Origin: a virus
Lineage: Duplodnaviria > Caudoviricetes
Strand: one strand, 5' to 3'
IMG/VR virus record: IMGVR_UViG_3300049259_000054
Location: 1-54,922 of that record
Length of the DNA: 54,922 nucleotides
Both the position numbers and the translations under genes were made by a program. Position 1 is the first letter of the stretch. Each line of letters starts with the position of its first letter. Shown here piece after piece: positions 26,026-36,276 of the stretch. The notes below the pieces were generated by a model, which did not search any database, was not told the DNA's origin, and worked only from the letters and a program-made list of their open reading frames with translations.

Positions 26026-28497
26026 TTAAGTCATCCGCAGAGTCAAGTCCTGTTTCCACCCGGAACCGCCACTATCCGGACCGTATTGTCCGGAGCTTTT
26101 CAACCCCACGACCACCGCGGTGTTGTTGATCTGGGTACCGCCGACCTCAAGTAAGGTGATCCGGTCGCCCAGTTGCAGCCCGGGGATCGCCTTGATCGTC
26201 ACGTTCTGGACCAGCGGGTGAACGTCCTTCAACTGGGCCAGCAGGTCCCCCGCAACGGCGGTGGCGACGATCTGCGACTGACACCACTGGGTGGTCGAGC
26301 TCTCATATTCCCGATCACCATATTTGTTTATCGAGGTCGCATCGGTCACCTCCACTACGGTCGAGCCGTCGCCGTCGCCGGTGGATAATCCATTATCGGC
26401 GATCACCGGCCGTCCCTGGATCCGAATCCCAGGTGCCCCCGGGGTCCCCCCACCCGCGTCGACCATATACACCGGGAAGGCGTTGTTATTGACGATCGTT
26501 ACTTGGATGGTGTCGGCGTCCAACTGCACAATCGTCACGAACAGGTTAGTACCATCCACCCCGGCGCCGGTGCCGTCGGGAGTGCGACAGGCGCGGAAGC
26601 TGGAATACCCCGACCCGCCGCCCGGCAGCGCCGGCAGCGGGTTACCGGAGTTATCGTCCAACGCCACCACCGGGTTGCCGAGGTCCATATTCCAGACTAT
26701 GGTGGAGTTGGAGTGGACCCCGACAATGTGTTGAGACTGCGCCGCCTGCTGGTACAGCTGAATGGCGTAGGGGGAGTAGTTGTATTTGATGTGGTTGATC
26801 ACGCCGTCGATGGTTCGGCTGATCTGCATCGCTTCCAACGCGTTGCTGTTCGATACGGTCGCTTGGCTGGTATTGCCGGGTGATCTACTCCACCGGTTCC
26901 GGTTGAAGAAATAGAACTGACCCAGTTCATTACAGTACCCGACACCCGCCTCAGCGATGCAGATGTCTTGGATAATCTGTTGGCCGTTCATCGGCGTATC
27001 GGGGTCGCTGGGTGGGCAAATCGTCAACGGTGCCAACGAATAATCGCAGAACGCGTTGGGGGCGTATAGGTAGTTGCTGGCCGGGTTCGCCTCGGTGGTT
27101 ACCTGCAACCCCTCGAACGAGGTGATCTCCCCGGTCAGCTGGGTTGTGACGTTCGTCCGGTTAGTTTGCAAGGTGGCGAACCAAGGGCCGGTCGATACTT
27201 GCCCGACCGCCGGTACCGCGGCGACCGTGGCAGTCTGCACGGTCTCGTTGTTGATCTGCCATTTGACCGCGGTGGTGGACGCGCCGAACGTGACGGTGGC
27301 CTTGAAGTAGACCCAACCTTGGGTTGCGGTGGTAGCGCCGGTCTGGATGGTGAACCCGGACCCGATCGAGCAATAACCGGCGCCGCTCGCTGTCATCCCT
27401 ATCGACATCAGGTGGTAGGTTGCGGGGGTCGACACCGACGGGTATTGGGAGAACCGGATCCCGAACATCGGTTGGGTCGAGGGCAGGCCCTGCGGGGGTG
27501 TCGCCGGGATGAACACCCAAGATTCGACCGTTATCGATTTGCCGCTGGCGAAATCGGTGTTGAAGGTCCGCCCGGCGATCGGGGCGTAACAGGCGGTGTA
27601 ATCCTTGTGGGTGCCTGTCGTGCCGGTGCAGATCGGCACCTGGGAGGGGGTGATCCCGCTCTGGCCGTTATCCCCGAACGGTCCACCGCCGAACGCGCCG
27701 ACGTGGTCGAACGACACCGCTGTACCGGAGTCTGCAGTATAGGTGCCGCTGGTCTGCTGTTCGTACGCGCCGTTGGTGACGTTGCTGGTGATCGATCCGG
27801 CCCACAACGTCCCATACCCGGGTTCCGGGTACAAGGTACCATGCCCGGGAACCGATAGTAGGCAGCCGGTCCGGGGTGGCGGGGTTGCGTAGAATCCGTT
27901 CTGGCGCAGCGCGAAATCCAGGATCGAACCGCAGTCCAGACCGGGGCGGTTGCCGCGGTTGGTCCCGGAGTGTGGATCCTGAAAGCTGCCGCCCATGATC
28001 GGCAGGTTGACCGGGTCCGTCATCTGCGAGACCGGGTCCAACCCGACGAGGGTGGCCTCCCGTGCTTGAGCGTCGACGTCCAACTCGCGGATGTACCCGG
28101 TGAACTGCGGGAGGGTTTCCACCCCGGCGGAGGTGACACAGCCGGACCGGACCCGCATCAGGCAATTCTCGGGTTCGGTGCCGGTCGGGAAGATTGACAC
28201 TCCACCCAGCGCAAACGGTGACCACTTGGAGGCTCCGGAGACCATCCCGCCTGCGATGGTCGCAGAACCCGCGGCGGTGCCCGTGAATTCAGCGACGACG
28301 TAGCCAGCCACCATCCTGGCGTTGGGGGGGACATCGCTGACGATCTCCCGGTCGACATCCCATTCAGTGAATAGGCTGGTGTAGTCGTTCGCTTCCGGGT
28401 TGCCGGTCCGCGCCGGATCCAGGGTTACCTTGGTTGCGATCTTGCGTTCGCCGGTGGCCGCCGCCGCTGCCGCCAACGTCGAAGTGGTGGTCTGCAC
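26026..28497 (-). CDS. Minor tail/baseplate protein (receptor-binding candidate)
   Basis: Position after tape measure/Dit; SINKYG and GLQLGDRITL tail motifs; LamG-like middle (ITVESWV, GWVYFKAT). Confidence 0.8.
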   Translation of the reverse strand: MQTTTSTLAAAAAATGERKIATKVTLDPARTGNPEANDYTSLFTEWDVDREIVSDVPPNARMVAGYVVAEFTGTAAGSATIAGGMVSGASKWSPFALGGVSIFPTGTEPENCLMRVRSGCVTSAGVETLPQFTGYIRELDVDAQAREATLVGLDPVSQMTDPVNLPIMGGSFQDPHSGTNRGNRPGLDCGSILDFALRQNGFYATPPPRTGCLLSVPGHGTLYPEPGYGTLWAGSITSNVTNGAYEQQTSGTYTADSGTAVSFDHVGAFGGGPFGDNGQSGITPSQVPICTGTTGTHKDYTACYAPIAGRTFNTDFASGKSITVESWVFIPATPPQGLPSTQPMFGIRFSQYPSVSTPATYHLMSIGMTASGAGYCSIGSGFTIQTGATTATQGWVYFKATVTFGASTTAVKWQINNETVQTATVAAVPAVGQVSTGPWFATLQTNRTNVTTQLTGEITSFEGLQVTTEANPASNYLYAPNAFCDYSLAPLTICPPSDPDTPMNGQQIIQDICIAEAGVGYCNELGQFYFFNRNRWSRSPGNTSQATVSNSNALEAMQISRTIDGVINHIKYNYSPYAIQLYQQAAQSQHIVGVHSNSTIVWNMDLGNPVVALDDNSGNPLPALPGGGSGYSSFRACRTPDGTGAGVDGTNLFVTIVQLDADTIQVTIVNNNAFPVYMVDAGGGTPGAPGIRIQGRPVIADNGLSTGDGDGSTVVEVTDATSINKYGDREYESSTTQWCQSQIVATAVAGDLLAQLKDVHPLVQNVTIKAIPGLQLGDRITLLEVGGTQINNTAVVVGLKSSGQYGPDSGGSGWKQDLTLRMT

Positions 28498-28498
28498 G

Positions 28499-28882
28499 CT
28501 AGACTTCCTGCAGGGTCAACTGTGCAGCCCGGAACCCGCGCAGCGGTTTCGACGTCGCCAACGAATCGACGTACACCGTGTAGATCGTCGTCCCGCCATC
28601 GATCGTGTATTGGAATGGACCCGGTCCGGTGGCGAACCCACCGGCACCAAACCCATCCAAGATGGCGTATTCCGCGTTGGTCAACCAGTTGTATTGGTTG
28701 ACGAAGGTGCGCTTCCAGTTGACCGTGTCCCGGGTGGAGGTCCCATCCAATGCGACGTGTTTCCCGCCGATCGGAGAGGGGGTGTCGTCCGCCCCGGGGG
28801 CGTGCATCGGTAGGAAAGTCCAAGCGCCGGAGGTCCCACGGCGCATCCCGTATCGGGTGGAGATGATCGATGGTAACGCCAT
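28499..28882 (-). CDS. Minor tail protein (distal-tail-like)
   Basis: Directly after the tape measure; ends LTLQEV. Confidence 0.7.
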   Translation of the reverse strand: MALPSIISTRYGMRRGTSGAWTFLPMHAPGADDTPSPIGGKHVALDGTSTRDTVNWKRTFVNQYNWLTNAEYAILDGFGAGGFATGPGPFQYTIDGGTTIYTVYVDSLATSKPLRGFRAAQLTLQEV

Positions 28883-31800
28883 TAGACTGGCCCCCTCGGT
28901 GCGTTGATCTTCAACCCAGCGTACGCCGCCTTACCGATCTCACGCTTGCTAACCTGCACTGACAGATTGATCGGTGGCAACGCGACCGCGTGGCTGTTCA
29001 TCGCCGACACCATCGCGTTAGCCAGCTTGTGATAATCGATCGCGCCGGTCCCGGTGTCCGCCATCTGCCCCTTAGGGGCAATGTAGGTGCGGCGGGTGAA
29101 CGAGGCGATCTCCGGTCCGTTGTCACCGACCCGCACGAACTTGCCGGCGGGAATACCCAGCGAACCGCCCTTATACCCCTCGTAACCGCCACTGGAGGTG
29201 TGCCGGCCGCCGCCTTCCAACATCCCGATACCGTAGTTGGCGATCGCGTACCGGACACCGGCCGTGATGTTGGCGATCGGGTCGAAGATCGACCGGCTGC
29301 GGAACGCCGGCCAGACATACGCGGCGAAGGTCGAAGCGATTGTCTGCATCAAACCCTTCGACGGGTGTCCGGCTGCGGCGTTGGAGTCCCAATTGTTCAC
29401 CGCGTTCGGGTTACCACCGGATTCGGACATGATCAGCGACCCGATCCCGCTGACCAGGGAGGAGGACGCCGCGATCCCCATCGCCTTGAGCGCCTGCAAG
29501 ATCCAGGACTGGACCGAACCCGATCCGTGGTAGGGGGAGCTGTTGCCGCCGGCAGCGGCCTGTTTCTGCTCCTTGCCGGAGACGAACCGCAACGCCGCAT
29601 CGAACGCGTTGTTGCCCATCCGATCCAACGCGCCCTTAAGGTCCGAGCCGTTCCCGAGGAACGCATCCATCGCGCCGCGGGCTGGGCTGATCGCCTTATT
29701 GAACGACCAGGCGGCGCCGTCGCGGATCAAATGCACCGCATGCCCGGCGGCGTCCTTCACCGTGTCCAGAGTGGCGCTGGCGGCGCCCTTAACCGCACCA
29801 CCGACCGACCCAAGGATCGACCCCAACGACAACGCCCCGCCAGCCGCCATCCCCGGCGCCCGCAACCCGATAGTTTGGCTGGCCGGTTGCGCCCCGCGGA
29901 ACCCTGACCCCATGTAATCGCCGAGGATGTGGTACAACGCCATCGCCCGACCACGGAACCTCGGATCGGTCGGGATGACAAACTCTGGATGTCTCGGGTT
30001 GCCTTCGCCGACGATCGCCGTCGGACGGTTGGTGACCATCGGGGAGACCGGAACCAACCCGCCGGACGCGAAGGTGGGAATCGGGCCGCCGGTGCGGGTG
30101 CCGCCACCGCCGACCCCACCGCCGACCGTACCGCCCTCAGCGAGTTTCACCTCCGGCAGGTTCGGCAGGTGCACGATACTCGCGATGTCGTTCCAGGCTT
30201 TCCGCAGCCCGTTGTTGTATACGTGGTCGATCACCCATTTGACCGGCGCCTCGAAGGTGTCCTTAACCGCCGACCAGGCGGATCCGATCGCCGACACTGC
30301 GCTGAGCACCCCGGATTGGATCGACCCCCAAAACGCCCGGAACCCACGCTCGAGCGTGCTCCAGATCGAGCTGGCCACCGCGTGGATGCCGGACCACAGG
30401 TTGGACCACAGTCTCGAAACCGTGCCCGATGCGGACCGGAACAGGCTGGTGATTGTCTGCCAGCCGCTGCGGACCAGCCCGGCGATGGCCCGCCAGATCG
30501 GGGAGAAGACATCCCGGATCGCCCGCCAAGCGATAGTCCAGGCGGAGTTGAGCGCCCGCAATCCGGCGGTCAGGATCACCATGATCCCGCGCCAGGCTAG
30601 CGACACCACCCCAGAGATTGCCTTCCAGGCGGCCGATGCAACCGCGGTGATCGCCTTCCAAGAGGCATTCCAAGCGGCGGACAGTGTCTTCAACCCGGCG
30701 TTCAACACCGCGGAGATGGCTTTCCAGCCGGCAGATACTGCGGTGGTGATCCCCTTCCAGGCGGCGGAGGTCAGGTTGGTGATCGTCCCCCATACGGCGT
30801 TCCAGGTGGCGCGCAACGCGCTCAACCCGGCGGTGATCACACCGGCGACCGCCCGCCAAGCCGTACGGAAGTACCCGCCGGTCCACCCCCAGAACAACTG
30901 CGCGGCGGCGCGCAACGCCCGATACATCAAGTCGAACGGCAGCAGGATCAGGGCGATCCCGACCTTCACCACCGTAACCAATACCTTAAACCCGACCGAC
31001 ACGATCCGTTCGATCACGCCGAACGCCGCGCTGAACGCACCGGTGATCTGCGACCAATACCGGATAATCAGGAAGACGATCGGCGCCAACGGGCCGGCCA
31101 GCAGCGGCGCCAGCAGCTTCCAATGGGTCTGGATGAACGACAACACCGACTGGACCGCGTGGGGAATGGTCGTAGTGAAGAACCCGATGAACGCGTTAAA
31201 CCCAGTCCTGAGCGCCCCGAACACTACATTGTAGTAGTCCAGGATGCCTCTCCACACGGCGGTCCAGATCGCCTTCAACGCCGGCCAGATCGTCCCCCAA
31301 TTCTTGTAGATCAAGATCCCGGCGGCGATCAACGCAGCGATCGCCAGGATCACCAACCCGACCGGACCTAGCGCGAGCTCCATCGCGGTGCCGAGCGCCG
31401 CCAACACCCCGGTGAACCCGATCGAGACCGCCTCGGCGATCGTCTCCGCCCCGGTAAACAGTAGGATCGCGGTGCGGGCGGCATTGAAGATCGCCACGGC
31501 CTTGCCGATCCCACCGATCAAGGTCGAGATGATCCCGAACACTTTCAGCCCGATCGCGCCGAATGCGACCAGCCCGACTACCACGTTCAAGATGGTGGGG
31601 TGCGCGGCGCCCATCCAGACGATGAAGTTCGACAACGCCCCGATGACCTGTAGCACGATCGGACCGAACGGTGCCATCGCCTTCAGCAGCGTGATGATCG
31701 CCATGGTAAGCGACCCGAGCGTCTGCAGTAGGATCGGCCCGTTGGTTTTCAGGTAGTCGATGAACGCCTGGAATCCGGCGGAGGCGCCCAGCGACTGCCC

Positions 31801-32970
31801 CCATTTGGCGAAGCTTTGGGACATCGATATCAGTCCGATGTTGAATCCGCCGACCAACGGTCGGAACGCATTATACAGCCCGATGAACCCGGTGGCGAGG
31901 TTACCTAACGCCCTCCCGAATGTGATCAGTTCCAGTTGCCCATCCTGCCCGATCTCCTGGAAGAACTTAGTCCACATCGGGTTGCCGAACGCGGCGGTCA
32001 TCTTCTGTTCGAGTAGGGTCAACGCCGGCAAGAACGCAGTGATCACGCTGTAGAACTGCTTCATCAGCACTTGGGCGAGTTTCAAGAACGCCGAATAGGC
32101 CGGCGCTTCCGCCGGCATTAGGCTCTTCGCCCAATCCTTAGTCGCCGAGGACAACGCCTCCTGCGTATCCATCAGCTGCTTCTCGGCCGGTGTCAACGCC
32201 GAGATCGCCATCTTATACTGCTCGGTCGCTGCGGCCAGCGCCGCGGGGGTTTTCGCCGCCGACATCGCCGTCTGGGCGGTCTGGATCGCCTTCAGGTCGG
32301 TTTTGATGATCTTCGCGGACTGGTGTCCGGCGAAACTCACCCCCGCTAACCCGATCGCCACCGGGGTGAACGCCGCGACCAACGTCCCGCCCAGCCCGAT
32401 CGCCGCCGCCCCGACCGGTGCCATAGCCGGCGCCAACGCCAGGATCGCGGTCATCAGGTTGCCGAGCTCGGGGATCGACCGGTGGGTGTCGACGTTGACG
32501 TTGGCGGTTACGCTCTTCGCGCCTAACCGGTCGATCTGCGCGTCCAACGCGAGGATGTCAGCGTTGGCCTTCGCCAGACCACCAACGTCGATACTCGGGT
32601 TGGCGACTTTCTCCCCGATCCGACCGAGCGTGACCTCGATCGCCGCCATCTTCGCCATCGTGTCTTTATCGTCGACGGAGATCTTGGTGTTGGTGATCCG
32701 TTTGCCGAGTAGGTTCAGCCGAGCCTGCAGCTTGTCGATCTCCCGCTGGTCAATGTCTGGGCGAACCTTCGGCGCGACCGGCGCTTCCCGTTCTTGCTTC
32801 TGCCGCCACCTGCCCAAATCCTCGTCGGCTGTGGTGGTGTCGGCGCGGATCTTAACCTTGATCCCGGCGTCTCCCAACGCCGTCTGCAGGTCCGCCTCGG
32901 TTTCCTGCTTAAACCCGGTAGTGTCCGGGCGCAGCCGGATGAACGCTTCGGTTAATGGCTGACCCGGCAC
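28882..32970 (-). CDS. Tape measure protein with C-terminal lytic transglycosylase domain
   Basis: 1362 aa; Trp-spaced 11-aa repeats; VGEGNP; ESGGNPNAVNNWDSNA-x2-GHPSKGLMQT. Confidence 0.93.
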   Translation of the reverse strand: MPGQPLTEAFIRLRPDTTGFKQETEADLQTALGDAGIKVKIRADTTTADEDLGRWRQKQEREAPVAPKVRPDIDQREIDKLQARLNLLGKRITNTKISVDDKDTMAKMAAIEVTLGRIGEKVANPSIDVGGLAKANADILALDAQIDRLGAKSVTANVNVDTHRSIPELGNLMTAILALAPAMAPVGAAAIGLGGTLVAAFTPVAIGLAGVSFAGHQSAKIIKTDLKAIQTAQTAMSAAKTPAALAAATEQYKMAISALTPAEKQLMDTQEALSSATKDWAKSLMPAEAPAYSAFLKLAQVLMKQFYSVITAFLPALTLLEQKMTAAFGNPMWTKFFQEIGQDGQLELITFGRALGNLATGFIGLYNAFRPLVGGFNIGLISMSQSFAKWGQSLGASAGFQAFIDYLKTNGPILLQTLGSLTMAIITLLKAMAPFGPIVLQVIGALSNFIVWMGAAHPTILNVVVGLVAFGAIGLKVFGIISTLIGGIGKAVAIFNAARTAILLFTGAETIAEAVSIGFTGVLAALGTAMELALGPVGLVILAIAALIAAGILIYKNWGTIWPALKAIWTAVWRGILDYYNVVFGALRTGFNAFIGFFTTTIPHAVQSVLSFIQTHWKLLAPLLAGPLAPIVFLIIRYWSQITGAFSAAFGVIERIVSVGFKVLVTVVKVGIALILLPFDLMYRALRAAAQLFWGWTGGYFRTAWRAVAGVITAGLSALRATWNAVWGTITNLTSAAWKGITTAVSAGWKAISAVLNAGLKTLSAAWNASWKAITAVASAAWKAISGVVSLAWRGIMVILTAGLRALNSAWTIAWRAIRDVFSPIWRAIAGLVRSGWQTITSLFRSASGTVSRLWSNLWSGIHAVASSIWSTLERGFRAFWGSIQSGVLSAVSAIGSAWSAVKDTFEAPVKWVIDHVYNNGLRKAWNDIASIVHLPNLPEVKLAEGGTVGGGVGGGGTRTGGPIPTFASGGLVPVSPMVTNRPTAIVGEGNPRHPEFVIPTDPRFRGRAMALYHILGDYMGSGFRGAQPASQTIGLRAPGMAAGGALSLGSILGSVGGAVKGAASATLDTVKDAAGHAVHLIRDGAAWSFNKAISPARGAMDAFLGNGSDLKGALDRMGNNAFDAALRFVSGKEQKQAAAGGNSSPYHGSGSVQSWILQALKAMGIAASSSLVSGIGSLIMSESGGNPNAVNNWDSNAAAGHPSKGLMQTIASTFAAYVWPAFRSRSIFDPIANITAGVRYAIANYGIGMLEGGGRHTSSGGYEGYKGGSLGIPAGKFVRVGDNGPEIASFTRRTYIAPKGQMADTGTGAIDYHKLANAMVSAMNSHAVALPPINLSVQVSKREIGKAAYAGLKINAPRGPV

Positions 32971-32984
32971 TGCCCTTCCGCCTT

Positions 32985-33347
32985 TCAGTCAGACATTAGC
33001 TGATTCACCTTAGCTACCCACGCAGCCAGCTGGATCACATTCCCCGGGTCGCCTGTCTGATCCTCAGGTCGCCCGTACAGCTCCTGCTCCAGGGTCTCCT
33101 CATTCATCCCCAGCGCCTCGTCCATCCCCTCCCGTTGGCCCAGCGCGTCTTTATCGCCGACCAACTGCGCCGTCTGGTCTTGAGCGTCCGCCAGGTCAAC
33201 CATCATCGAATAGGCGGCACCCAGGACACCCGCGGCGCCCATCAGAACTATCCGGTCCGGCGTGTGCCCTGCCCGGACGAGCCGGCCTTGGACTTCGAAC
33301 CAATGCTCTTCCGCCCAGGCACCGACTGACTGGACGGCTTGGTAGGG
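32985..33347 (-). CDS. Tail assembly chaperone extension (gpGT-like, via -1 frameshift)
   Basis: The -1 frame is open from within the chaperone gene up to the tape measure; candidate slip GTC CCT ACC -> CCC TAC at 33347-33342. Confidence 0.65.
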   Translation of the reverse strand, partial: PYQAVQSVGAWAEEHWFEVQGRLVRAGHTPDRIVLMGAAGVLGAAYSMMVDLADAQDQTAQLVGDKDALGQREGMDEALGMNEETLEQELYGRPEDQTGDPGNVIQLAAWVAKVNQLMSD

Positions 33348-33709
33348 ACCCCCATTACCTTCTCCGTCAAATACCGGACCAGGGTTTCCATCGCCGAGAT
33401 GGTGAAGGGGGAATCGGGCCGGTCGATCATCCGCTGGAAATCGTCGTACTGCCCCGGGGCCAGGACAGCTTGGAAGAACGGACCGATCTGTTCGATCATC
33501 TCCACTTCGTCCTTGGACCGTTGCGCCTTCAACATCCGCGCGGCGACCCCAAACGGTACGTCGGTGGAATCCCGGCAGGACCAATCCCGCCCATCCAGGG
33601 CGAAGGTGCACGACACCGGTTGTTGCTGCCGGTTGTCCAAATCCAGGTGCGGTACGGCCGCCTCGATTTCGGTGACCGTACCGTCCTGGTCCTGCTGCTC
33701 GGCTGACAT
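33248..33709 (-). CDS. Tail assembly chaperone (gpG-like)
   Basis: Between the major tail protein and tape measure; ends GVPT plus a Ser/Gly-rich tail. Confidence 0.8.
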   Translation of the reverse strand: MSAEQQDQDGTVTEIEAAVPHLDLDNRQQQPVSCTFALDGRDWSCRDSTDVPFGVAARMLKAQRSKDEVEMIEQIGPFFQAVLAPGQYDDFQRMIDRPDSPFTISAMETLVRYLTEKVMGVPTKPSSQSVPGRKSIGSKSKAGSSGQGTRRTG

Positions 33710-33712
33710 GGT

Positions 33713-34354
33713 TTAGGTTCCTGTCCCTAGGACGATCCCGCCGCCCAGCGCTGCCGGGAACCAGAATCTGAACGGCTGGAGGCCGGTTGGCTTCTCCAGG
33801 CTGAACTCGCAGGCGTAGGTCGCCTTGTTGTTGCCCTTTTGGCGGGTGATCTTCATGGTGCCGGACTGGTAGGTCTGGCGGCAGATCAACCGGCCGAACG
33901 ATGCAGCCGTCCCCGCGCCTGTAGGGCTGAGGCTATCCCAACCGAGCATGACCCGGACCTCCGCACCGATGTTCGGCGGTTCCACCCAGATATCGGTGGC
34001 TGCACCACCGGCACCGTTCCCGGTGGCCTGTAGGTTAGTGCCGTTGACGCCGGAACCGATACCGACGTTGAGGGACAACGCCAGGTTACGGGCGGTCTGC
34101 TCGGCCAACGCGAACGTCATCGTCGCGGCGATCGCGGTGGTGACGTTGCGGATCGGCCAATATTCCTCTTCGACCTCTACCGCCGCGGTGGTCGGGTTCA
34201 TATCGAACTCCGACCCGTTATCGGTGTACCCGAGCTGTTGCCAGGCCGACGGCCAGGCGACGGTGTTGCCAGCGGGTTCCGGCGTACCGAGTGGCGCCGC
34301 GTACAGCGTGCCCGGCCCAACCTTTACGTTGTTGCCGTCGAACGAGTTAGCCAT
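33713..34354 (-). CDS. Major tail (tube) protein
   Basis: VGPGTLYAAPLGT-x-EP, W-x2-LGYT-x2-G, TFALAE. Confidence 0.88.
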   Translation of the reverse strand: MANSFDGNNVKVGPGTLYAAPLGTPEPAGNTVAWPSAWQQLGYTDNGSEFDMNPTTAAVEVEEEYWPIRNVTTAIAATMTFALAEQTARNLALSLNVGIGSGVNGTNLQATGNGAGGAATDIWVEPPNIGAEVRVMLGWDSLSPTGAGTAASFGRLICRQTYQSGTMKITRQKGNNKATYACEFSLEKPTGLQPFRFWFPAALGGGIVLGTGT

Positions 34355-34410
34355 CTCCTACTCCCTATGAGTGGGGTTTCCCTGGTACGCGGCGCGCCCC
34401 AGGAGCTTTA

Positions 34411-34851
34411 TCATCCCGCACTCGCGGGAACACACCGGAAGGTCGAGTCCACAATGAACCGTGGCCACCCCGACGCTGGATCCGGTGACGGTAGCGATGC
34501 ATTGACCCAGCTGTCCAGGACGACCACGGTACCGATCGTCTGCGGTCCGGATCCGGTCGTGAGGTATTCGATCAACGCTTCGAGTTCGTCGGTGGCGTCC
34601 CGCAGGTTCTGGTATTCACCTTCCTGGTCTGACCAGGTATCCCAGGCGAGGTTAATTTCCCATTCGGGGGTATCGCCGCCGTTGCGGACCCGGCCGCCGC
34701 CGGACTTATACACCCGGCAGGCCGGGTAGGTCACTTCCGGCGCGAACGCCCAATAGAACCTGCCGCCGAAGTAGGACAGCCGCGGTTGGGCGGCAGCCCA
34801 AGGACGAATCTCCCGTTCGATATTCGGCGTGGTCAGTAGTGGGAGCGTCAC
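34411..34851 (-). CDS. Tail terminator-like protein
   Basis: Synteny; PDPASGWPRF motif. Confidence 0.65.
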   Translation of the reverse strand: MTLPLLTTPNIEREIRPWAAAQPRLSYFGGRFYWAFAPEVTYPACRVYKSGGGRVRNGGDTPEWEINLAWDTWSDQEGEYQNLRDATDELEALIEYLTTGSGPQTIGTVVVLDSWVNASLPSPDPASGWPRFIVDSTFRCVPASAG

Positions 34852-35300
34852 CTCAACGCCTCCATGCTTGGGCGGATGAACGGGCGCGGCTCTGCGTGGG
34901 TGCCGGTTTCGACGTTCACCCAGCCGAGCTCGAGGTAGATCGCGTACACCACCCCGGGAATTGCCGGGTTAGCGCCGGATCCGACGTCCAACCGGAGTCC
35001 GTGTTCGTCGTGGGTGACGTAATGCGACAGGGCGGCGCGCAGCCGGCCGGTGTCTGTGGCCGGCGGTTCGCCGGGCGCCGATGCTTGGTGTGGTGGGCGG
35101 TTACCGCCGACCCGCAGCTGCCCATCTTTGATGAAGAACGTTTGTGTGTAGACCCGGCCTGAGCCGTGTTGGGACAGTAGCCGTTTCTGCATGGCGACGC
35201 CGCGCAGACCGCGGTTGTTCAGGTCCCGCCCGACCGGTCCGTCGACGGTCTCGAACAGGTCATACCAGGCTTGTTCGTTCCATTCGCCCATTCGGACCAT
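34848..35300 (-). CDS. HK97 gp10-like neck protein
   Basis: HQASAPGEPPATDTGRLR, YAIYLELG, PRPFIRP. Confidence 0.8.
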   Translation of the reverse strand: MVRMGEWNEQAWYDLFETVDGPVGRDLNNRGLRGVAMQKRLLSQHGSGRVYTQTFFIKDGQLRVGGNRPPHQASAPGEPPATDTGRLRAALSHYVTHDEHGLRLDVGSGANPAIPGVVYAIYLELGWVNVETGTHAEPRPFIRPSMEALR

Positions 35301-35635
35301 CAGAACGCCCCCTCGATCAAACGGAGGCGTCCATTGATGTGGTCCAGGCCGAGCCCTTGGCGCAGCGTGGCCCAGTTAACCCGGTAGTTGTCGCCGGTGT
35401 TGTCGTCTTGGACGATGTCGCCGGGTTTGATGTCGGTCGGGTCGCAGTTCAGCACTTTCGTGTATTCGGTCCGGGTACCGCCGACCAGGACGGTCGTGCC
35501 GGTGTCGTTGGTGATCCCGGCGCGGATTCCGGTCGCCAGTAACACCGGCGGAGACTGTGGGTCGTATTTGTCGCCGGTTCGGTCCGGGCGGCGGACGGAG
35601 ATCGTGGTAGTCATCAGGGGGATCACCGGTGCCAC
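35300..35635 (-). CDS. Head-closure/stopper protein
   Basis: Synteny, size, DIKPGD motif. Confidence 0.65.
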   Translation of the reverse strand: MAPVIPLMTTTISVRRPDRTGDKYDPQSPPVLLATGIRAGITNDTGTTVLVGGTRTEYTKVLNCDPTDIKPGDIVQDDNTGDNYRVNWATLRQGLGLDHINGRLRLIEGAF

Positions 35636-36210
35636 GCCCTCACCGACGGTCGGGCGTATTTCTTGAACACCTGCGCGGTGGCGGTTTCGATGTTGGGGCT
35701 GATCGCGGCCAACGCACCGGAGGATGTGAACCCGACGTCGCCGACGTGCGGCGAACCGGCACCAACCGGCAACCCTTCCAGGACTACCGGGTGGGTGCGG
35801 CGCCAGGCGACCGCACAGATGGCGTCGTTCAATTCTTGTGGCAACGCCCCATCTTCGTACCCGCCGGTGTAGGTGACGGTTGCTTGTGGCGGAAACCCGC
35901 CGATTCCGCCGACTTCACCAACGTTAACCACCGGGTAGGGGTCGAACCAGCCGATCCACAGCGCGTCCCCCTCGATCCGGAACGCGCCTTGCCCGGTCTG
36001 GACTGAGGCGATGGGGGTCGCCGCCGGGTAGACCCGGTTGTTCGGGTAGACGTACAGCACCTCGGTGTAGTCGCCTTTGCGGAAGGTCCGGTTGGTCCGT
36101 TCCTCCGCTGTGCTGATCGCCTTGGATAGGGCGGTCATCACCCGATCGAGGGGCGTAGTGAAATCCTTGGTTACGTCGCAATAACTGAAGTAGGTAACCA
36201 GGTCGCCCAC
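35623..36210 (-). CDS. Head-to-tail adaptor
   Basis: After the capsid gene; VTYTGGY-x3-LPQEL-x2-A. Confidence 0.75.
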   Translation of the reverse strand: MGDLVTYFSYCDVTKDFTTPLDRVMTALSKAISTAEERTNRTFRKGDYTEVLYVYPNNRVYPAATPIASVQTGQGAFRIEGDALWIGWFDPYPVVNVGEVGGIGGFPPQATVTYTGGYEDGALPQELNDAICAVAWRRTHPVVLEGLPVGAGSPHVGDVGFTSSGALAAISPNIETATAQVFKKYARPSVRAWHR

Positions 36211-36276
36211 TACGCCCCTCCTTCCACCCGCGGTGCCTGTCCGGTCTGACCCGTTGGCAGCCGCGACCAGGTCCGA

